Assembly (NCBI GenBank): GCA_964057225.1
Contig: OZ059898.1
Location: forward strand, 3,658,001 to 3,722,000
Origin: Auanema rhodensis
Lineage: Eukaryota > Animalia > Nematoda
DNA length: 64,000 bases
Direction: 5' to 3'
This document shows positions 55,671 through 64,000 of the stretch, piece after piece (position 1 is the stretch's first letter; each line of letters begins with the position of its first letter). The translations under genes and the position numbers were made by a program. The notes below the pieces were generated by a model. It searched no databases, was not told the DNA's origin, and worked only from the letters and a program-made list of their open reading frames with translations.

Positions 55671-58600
55671 GTGTACATGGAAACTCAACATACAGTAATG
55701 CATCATTTTTCAAACGATCATAACTAATTTTTGTATTAAGCTTTTCTCAGTGTAGTATAGTGCATTCGATGCGGATTTTTAAGCTGCGTCGATCTGTGTT
55801 ATTAGATTTGCGCTAGCTCGAAAATGCACCGAGATATCAACTGATATAGGTTCACACTTATATCCTCGATTTTCACCCTGAAGAATTAATTTTTTCGTTG
55901 AATAACAATGTCCATCGTCTTTGTCTTGAAAAAAGGAATCTAAAAACATCTACTTTTTGCTAAATTATCTGGAAATTTTTCGGGAAAATTTTTGTCAAAA
56001 TGTTTTTGGAACTAATTTTGAGTGTACATGGAAACTCAACATACAGTAATGCATCATTTTTCAAACGATCATAACTAATTTTTGTATTGAGCTTTTCTTA
56101 ATGTAGTATAGTGCATTCGATGCGGATTTTTAAGCTGCGTCGATCTGTGTTATCAGATTTGCGCTAGCTTGAAAATGCACCGAGATATCAAATGATATAG
56201 GTTCACACTTATATCCTCGATTTTCACCCTGAAGAATTAATTTTTTCGTTGAATAACAATGTCCATCGTCTTTGTCTTGGAAAAAGGAATCTAAAAACAT
56301 CTACTTTTTGTGAAATTATTCGGAAATTTTTCGGGAAAATTTTTGTCAAAATGTTTTTGGAAGCAATTTTGAGTGTACATGGAAACTCAACATACAGTAA
56401 TGCATCATTTTTCAAACGATCATAACTAATTTTTGTATTGAGCTTTTCTTAATGTAGTATAGTGCATTCGATGCGGATTTTTAAGCTGCGTCGATCTGTG
56501 TTATCAGATTTGCGCTAGCTTGAAAATGCACCGAGATATCAAATGATATAGGTTCACACTTATATCCTCGATTTTCACCCTGAAGAATTAATTTTTTCGT
56601 TGAATAACAATGTCCATCGTCTTTGTCTTGGAAAAAGGAATCTAAAAACATCTACTTTTTGTGAAATTATTCGGAAATTTTTCGGGAAAATTTTTGTCAA
56701 AATGTTTTTGGAAGCAATTTTGAGTGTACATGGAAACTCAACATACAGTAATGCATCATTTTTCAAACGATCATAACTAATTTTTGTATCGAGCTTTTCT
56801 CAATATAGTATAGTGCATTCGATGCGGATTTTTAAGCTGCGTCGATCTGTGTTATCAGATTTGCGCTAGCTTGAAAATGCACCGAGATATCAAATGATAT
56901 AGGTTCACACTTATATCCTCGATTTTCACCCTGAAGAATTAATTTTTTCGTTGAATAACAATGTCCATCGTCTTTGTCTTGGAAAAAGGAATCTAAAAAC
57001 ATCTACTTTTTGTGAAATTATTCGGAAATTTTTCGGGAAAATTTTTGTCAAAATGTTTTTGGAAGCAATTTTGAGTGTACATGGAAACTCAACATACAGT
57101 AATGCATCATTTTTCAAACGATCATAACTAATTTTTGTATTGAGCTTTTCTCAGTGTAGTATAGTGCATTCGATGCGGATTTTTAAGCTGCGTCGATCTG
57201 TGTTATCAGATTTGCGCTAGCTTGAAAATGCACCGAGATATCAAATGATATAGGTTCACACTTATATCCTCGATTTTCACCCTGAAGAATTAATTTTTTC
57301 GTTGAATAACAATGTCCATCGTCTTTGTCTTGAAAAAAGGAATGTAAAAACATCTACTTTTTGCTAAATTATCTGGAAATTTTTCGGGAAAATTTTTGTC
57401 AAAATGTTTTTGGAACCAGTTTTGAGTGTACATGGAAACTCCACATACAGTAATGCATCATTTTTCAAACGATCATAACTAATTTTTGTATTGAGCTTTT
57501 CTCAGTGTAGTATAGTGCATTCGATGCGGATTTTTAAGCTGCGTCGATCTCTGTTATCAGATTTGCGCTAGCTTGAAAATGCACCGAGATATCAAATGAT
57601 ATAGGTTCACACTTATATCCTCGATTTTCACCCTGAAGAATTAATTTTTTCGTTGAATAACAATGTCCATCGTCTTTGTCTTGAAAAAAGGAATGTAAAA
57701 ACATCTACTTTTTGCTAAATTATCTGGAAATTTTTCGGGAAAATTTTTGTCAAAATGTTTTTGGAACCAATTTTGAGTGTACATGGAAACTCAACATACA
57801 GTAATGCATCATTTTTCAAACGATCATAACTAATTTTTGTATTGAGCTTTTCTCAGTGTAGTATAGTGCATTCGATGCGGATTTTTAAGCTGCGTCGATC
57901 TGTGTTATCAGATTTGCGCTAGCTTGAAAATGCACCGAGATATCAAATGATATAGGTTCACACTTATATCCTCGATTTTCACCCTGAAGAATTAATTTTT
58001 TCGTTGAATAACAATGTCCATCGTCTTTGTCTTGAAAAAAGGAATGTAAAAACATCTACTTTTTGCTAAATTATCTGGAAACTTTTCGGGAAAATTTTTG
58101 TCAAAATGTTTTTGGAACCAATTTTGAGTGTACATGGAAACTCAACATACAGTAATGCATCATTTTTCAAACGATCATAACTAATTTTTCTATTGAGCTT
58201 TTCTCAGTGTAGTATAGTGCATTCGATGCGGATTTTTAAGCTGCGTCGATCTCTGTTATCAGATTTGCGCTAGCTTGAAAATGCACCGAGATATCAAATG
58301 ATATAGGTTCACACTTATATCCTCGATTTTCACCCTGAAGAATTAATTTTTTCGTTGAATAACAATGTCCATCGTCTTTGTCTTGAAAAAAGAAATGTAA
58401 AAACATCTACTTTTTGCTAAATTATCTTGAAATTTTTCGGGAAAATTTTTGTCAAAATGTTTTTGGAACCAATTTTGAGTGTACATGGAAACTCAACATA
58501 CAGTAATGCATCATTTTTCAAACGATCATAACTAATTTTTGTATTGAGCTTTTCTTAGTGTAGTATAGTGCATTCGATGCGGATTTTTAAGCTGCGTCGA

Positions 58601-59898
58601 TCTGTGTTATTAGATTTGGGCTAGCTCGAAAATGCACCGAGATATCAACTGATATAGGTTCACACTTATATCCTCGATTTTCACCCTGAAGAATTAATTT
58701 TTTCGTTGAATAACAATGTCCATCGTCTTTGTCTTGAAAAAAGAAATCTAAAAACATCTACTTTTTGCTAAATTATCTGGAAATTTTTCGGGAAAATTTT
58801 TGTCAAAATGTTTTTGGAACTAATTTTGAGTGTACATGGAAACTCAACATACAGTAATGCATCATTTTTCAAACGATCATAACTAATTTTTGTATTGAGC
58901 TTTTCTTAATGTAGTATAGTGCATTCGATGCGGATTTTTAAGCTGCGTCGATCTCTGTTATCAGATTTGCGCTAGCTTGAAAATGCACCGAGATATCAAC
59001 TGATATAGGTTCACACTTATATCCTCGATTTTCACCCTGAAGAATTAATTTTTTCGTTGAATAACAATGTCCATCGTCTTTGTCTTGAAAAAAGGAATGT
59101 AAAAACATCTACTTTTTGCTAAATTATCTGGAAATTTTTCGGGAAAATTTTTGTCAAAATGTTTTTGGAACTAATTTTGAGTGTACATGGAAACTCAACA
59201 TACAGTAATGCATCATTTTTCAAACGATCATAACTAATTTTTGTATTGAGCTTTTCTCAGTGTAGTATAGTGCATTCGATGCGGATTTTTAAGCTGCGTC
59301 GATCTGTGTTATTAGATTTGGGCTAGCTCGAAAATGCACCGAGATATCAACTGATATAGGTTCACACTTATATCCTCGATTTTCACCCTGAAGAATTAAT
59401 TTTTTCGTTGAATAACAATGTCCATCGTCTTTGTCTTGAAAAAAGGAATGTAAAAACATCTACTTTTTGCTAAATTATCTGGAAATTTTTCGGGAAAATT
59501 TTTGTCAAAATGTTTTTGGAACCAATTTTGAGTGTACATGGAAACTCAACATACAGTAATGCATCATTTTTCAAACGATCATAACTAATTTTTGTATTGA
59601 GCTTTTCTCAGTGTGGTATAGTGCATTCGATGCGGATTTTTAAGCTGCGTCGATCTGTGTTATTAGATTTGGGCTAGCTCGAAAATGCACCGAGATATCA
59701 ACTGATATAGGTTCACACTTATATCCTCGATTTTCACCCTGAAGAATTAATTTTTTCGTTGATTAACAATGTCCATCGTCTTTGTCTTGAAAAAAGGAAT
59801 CTAAAAACATCTACTTTTTGTGAAATTATCTGGAAATTTTTCGGGAAAATTTTTGTCAAAATGTTTTTGGAAGCAATTTTGAGTGTACATGGAAACTC

Positions 59899-59909
59899 TT
59901 TTTCAACTC
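59899..59909. other. 11-bp insertion TTTTTCAACTC (362-bp monomer 59671-60032)
   Basis: GGAAACTC-TTTTTCAACTC-AACATAC vs normal GGAAACTCAACATAC; downstream register shifts +11. Confidence 0.96.
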
Positions 59910-62489
59910 AACATACAGTACTGCATCATTTTTCAAACGATCATAACTAATTTTTGTATTGAGCTTTTCTTAGTGTAGTATAGTGCATTCGATGCGGATT
60001 TTTAAGCTGCGTCGATCTCTGTTATCAGATTTGCGCTAGCTTGAAAATGCACCGAGATATCAAATGATATAGGTTCACACTTATATCCTCGATTTTCACC
60101 CTGAAGAATTAATTTTTTCGTTGAATAACAATGTCCATCGTCTTTGTCTTGAAAAAAGAAATGTAAAAACATCTACTTTTTGCTAAATTATCTGGAAATT
60201 TTTCGGGAAAATTTTTGTCAAAATGTTTTTGGAACCAATTTTGAGTGTACATGGAAACTCAACATACAGTAATGCATCATTTTTCAAACGATCATAACTA
60301 ATTTTTGTATTGAGCTTTTCTCAGTGTAGTATAGTGCATTCGATGCGGATTTTTAAGCTGCGTCGATCTCTGTTATCAGATTTGCGCTAGCTTGAAAATG
60401 CACCGAGATATCAAATGATATAGGTTCACACTTATATCCTCGATTTTCACCCTGAAGAATTAATTTTTTCGTTGAATAACAATGTCCATCGTCTTTGTCT
60501 TGAAAAAAGAAATGTAAAAACATCTACTTTTTGCTAAATTATCTGGAAATTTTTCGGGAAAATTTTTGTCAAAATGTTTTTGGAACCAATTTTGAGTGTA
60601 CATGGAAACTCAACATACAGTAATGCATCATTTTTCAAACGATCATAACTAATTTTTGTATTGAGCTTTTCTCAGTGTAGTATAGTGCATTCGATGCGGA
60701 TTTTTAAGCTGCGTCGATCTCTGTTATCAGATTTGCGCTAGCTTGAAAATGCACCGAGATATCAAATGATATAGGTTCACACTTATATCCTCGATTTTCA
60801 CCCTGAAGAATCAATTTTTTCGTTGAATAACAATGTCCATCGTCTTTGTCTTGAAAAAAGGAATCTAAAAACATCTACTTTTTGCTAAATTATCGGGAAA
60901 TTTTTCGGGAAAATTTTTGTCAAAATGTTTTTGGAACCAATTTTGAGTGTACATGGAAACTCAACATACAGTAATGCATCATTTTTCAAACGATCATAAC
61001 TAATTTTTGTATCGAGCTTTTCTCAATATAGTATAGTGCATTCGATGCGGATTTTTAAGCTGCGTCGATCTGTGTTATTAGATTTGCGCTAGCTCGAAAA
61101 TGCACCGAGATATCAACTGATATAGGTTCACACTTATATCCTCGATTTTCACCCTGAAGAATTAATTTTTTCGTTGAATAACAATGTCCATCGTCTTTGT
61201 CTTGGAAAAAGGAATCTAAAAACATCTACTTTTTGTGAAATTATTCGGAAATTTTTCGGGAAAATTTTTGTCAAAATGTTTTTGGAAGCAATTTTGAGTG
61301 TACATGGAAACTCAACATACAGTAATGCATCATTTTTCAAACGATCATAACTAATTTTTGTATTGAGCTTTTCTCAGTGTAGTATAGTGCATTCGATGCG
61401 GATTTTTAAGCTGCGTCGATCTCTGTTATCAGATTTGCGCTAGCTTGAAAATGCACCGAGATATCAAATGATATAGGTTCACACTTATATCCTCGATTTT
61501 CACCCTGAAGAATTAATTTTTTCGTTGAATAACAATGTCCATCGTCTTTGTCTTGAAAAAAGAAATGTAAAAACATCTACTTTTTGCTAAATTATCTGGA
61601 AATTTTTCGGGAAAATTTTTGTCAAAATGTTTTTGGAACCAATTTTGAGTGTACATGGAAACTCAACATACAGTAATGCATCATTTTTCAAACGATCATA
61701 ACTAATTTTTGTATTGAGCTTTTCTCAGTGTAGTATAGTGCATTCGATGCGGATTTTTAAGCTGCGTCGATCTCTGTTATCAGATTTGCGCTAGCTTGAA
61801 AATGCACCGAGATATCAAATGATATAGGTTCACACTTATATCCTCGATTTTCACCCTGAAGAATCAATTTTTTCGTTGAATAACAATGTCCATCGTCTTT
61901 GTCTTGAAAAAAGGAATCTAAAAACATCTACTTTTTGCTAAATTATCTGGAAATTTTTCGGGAAAATTTTTGTCAAAATGTTTTTGGAACCAATTTTGAG
62001 TGTACATGGAAACTCAACATACAGTAATGCATCATTTTTCAAACGATCATAACTAATTTTTGTATCGAGCTTTTCTCAATATAGTATAGTGCATTCGATG
62101 CGGATTTTTAAGCTGCGTCGATCTGTGTTATTAGATTTGCGCTAGCTCGAAAATGCACCGAGATATCAACTGATATAGGTTCACACTTATATCCTCGATT
62201 TTCACCCTGAAGAATTAATTTTTTCGTTGAATAACAATGTCCATCGTCTTTGTCTTGGAAAAAGGAATCTAAAAACATCTACTTTTTGTGAAATTATTCG
62301 GAAATTTTTCGGGAAAATTTTTGTCAAAATGTTTTTGGAAGCAATTTTGAGTGTACATGGAAACTCAACATACAGTAATGCATCATTTTTCAAACGATCA
62401 TAACTAATTTTTGTATCGAGCTTTTCTCAATATAGTATAGTGCATTCGATGCGGATTTTTAAGCTGCGTCGATCTGTGTTATCAGATTT

Positions 62490-63576
62490 GCGCTAGCTCG
62501 AAAATGCACCGAGATATCAAATGATATAGGTTCACACTTATATCCTCGATTTTCACCCTGAAGAATTAAGTTTTTTCGTTGAATAACAATGTCCATCGTC
62601 TTTGTCTTGGAAAAAGGAATCTAAAAACATCTACTTTTTGTGAAATTATTCGGAAATTTTTCGGGAAAATTTTTGTCAAAATGTTTTTGGAACCAATTTT
62701 GAGTGTACATGGAAACTCTTTTTCAACTCAACATACAGTAATGCATCATTTTTCAAACGATCATAACTAATTTTTGTATTGAGCTTTTCTTAATGTAGTA
62801 TAGTGCATTCGATGCGGATTTTTAAGCTGCGTCGATCTGTGTTATTAGATTTGCGCTAGCTCGAAAATGCACCGAGATATCAACTGATATAGGTTCACAC
62901 TTATATCCTCGATTTTCACCCTGAAGAATTAATTTTTTCGTTGAATAACAATGTCCATCGTCTTTGTCTTGGAAAAAGGAATCTAAAAACATCTACTTTT
63001 TGTGAAATTATTCGGAAATTTTTCGGGAAAATTTTTGTCAAAATGTTTTTGGAAGCAATTTTGAGTGTACATGGAAACTCTTTTTCAACTCAACATACAG
63101 TAATGCATCATTTTTCAAACGATCATAACTAATTTTTGTATCGAGCTTTTCTCAATATAGTATAGTGCATTCGATGCGGATTTTTAAGCTGCGTCGATCT
63201 GTGTTATCAGATTTGCGCTAGCTTGAAAATGCACCGAGATATCAAATGATATAGGTTCACACTTATATCCTCGATTTTCACCCTGAAGAATTAATTTTTT
63301 CGTTGAATAACAATGTCCATCGTCTTTGTCTTGGAAAAAGGAATCTAAAAACATCTACTTTTTGTGAAATTATTCGGAAATTTTTCGGGAAAATTTTTGT
63401 CAAAATGTTTTTGGAAGCAATTTTGAGTGTACATGGAAACTCTTTTTCAACTCAACATACAGTAATGCATCATTTTTCAAACGATCATAACTAATTTTTG
63501 TATCGAGCTTTTCTCAATATAGTATAGTGCATTCGATGCGGATTTTTAAGCTGCGTCGATCTGTGTTATTAGATTT
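62490..63576. repeat. Three consecutive long monomers (363, 362, 362 bp)
   Basis: Same 11-bp insertion at 62719-62729, 63081-63091 and 63443-63453. Extra G at 62570 (AATTAAGTTTTTTCG). + strand ORFs spaced 362 bp. Confidence 0.95.
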
Positions 63577-64000
63577 GCGCTAGCTCGAAAATGCACCGAG
63601 ATATCAACTGATATAGGTTCACACTTATATCCTCGATTTTCACCCTGAAGAATTAATTTTTTCGTTGAATAACAATGTCCATCGTCTTTGTCTTGGAAAA
63701 AGGAATCTAAAAACATCTACTTTTTGTGAAATTATTCGGAAATTTTTCGGGAAAATTTTTGTCAAAATGTTTTTGGAAGCAATTTTGAGTGTACATGGAA
63801 ACTCAACATACAGTAATGCATCATTTTTCAAACGATCATAACTAATTTTTGTATCGAGCTTTTCTCAATATAGTATAGTGCATTCGATGCGGATTTTTAA
63901 GCTGCGTCGATCTGTGTTATCAGATTTGCGCTAGCTTGAAAATGCACCGAGATATCAAATGATATAGGTTCACACTTATATCCTCGATTTTCACCCTGAA

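Larger units (their letters stand above)
1..64000. repeat. Tandem satellite DNA array, 351-bp monomer, 182 full copies + 73 bp partial, single orientation
   Basis: GCGCTAGCT/GGGCTAGCT recurs at 1, 352, 703... and at 7021, 14041, 21061, 28081, 35101, 42121, 49141, 56161 (every 20x351). ORF-track offsets are exact multiples of 351 up to 56926. The last monomer starts at 63928. No non-repeat sequence or inversion seen. Confidence 0.99.
55671..64000. repeat. Subfamily A block containing all length variants
   Basis: A1/A2 diagnostics; four +11 insertions and one +1 insertion. Confidence 0.88.

Noticed and set aside
62570-62570. 1-bp G insertion as a meaningful variant
   Set aside because: A singleton beside a T6 run; it cannot be distinguished from sequencing error without reads.
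59759-63494. Four 63-aa plus-strand ORFs
   Set aside because: They pass the length cutoff only because the 11-bp insertion shifts the frame; TTG starts.
64-63831. 29 copies of a 63-aa minus-strand ORF (MKNDALL...)
   Set aside because: TTG start, no recognisable domain, and K/F/I/N bias from A/T tracts. It is open only where TGTGAAA replaces TGCTAAA (minus-strand TAG); most monomers are closed. Useful only as an A1 marker unless Ribo-seq or proteomics say otherwise.
1-64000. CRISPR array, or tandem 5S/tRNA/SL-RNA gene cluster
   Set aside because: No unique spacers, and no recognisable 5S, cloverleaf, Pol III box or spliced-leader sequence.
1-64000. A single array-wide HOR, or an information-encoding order of variants
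   Set aside because: Periodicities are local and change every few kb, as expected from unequal exchange or replication-based duplication.

Overview
The whole 64 kb window is one uninterrupted, head-to-tail tandem array of an AT-rich (~33% GC by hand count of monomer 1) 351-bp satellite: 182 complete monomers plus 73 bp, running off both ends. I see no genes, RNA genes, CRISPR or transposon insertions. The 33 short ORFs are TTG-initiated by-products of one monomer variant. The interest is structural. (i) Two subfamilies (A, with variants A1/A2, and B, ~17 diagnostic sites apart) are interleaved in multi-kb blocks with chimeric junction monomers. (ii) Local higher-order repeats and nested duplications occur at offsets of 2, 3, 5, 6, 7, 8, 11 and 19 monomers. 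(iii) The 351-bp register holds with no net indel for 170 monomers, then a 362-bp variant with an 11-bp, apparently templated insertion appears and expands near the right end. (iv) The monomer is rich in dyads, including a 20-bp-stem hairpin whose inner stem is preserved by the common variants. It is best read as eukaryotic centromeric or pericentromeric satellite DNA, plausibly from a lineage with little CpG methylation (inference). I cannot name the family or organism, and I found no evidence for a novel protein-coding system.
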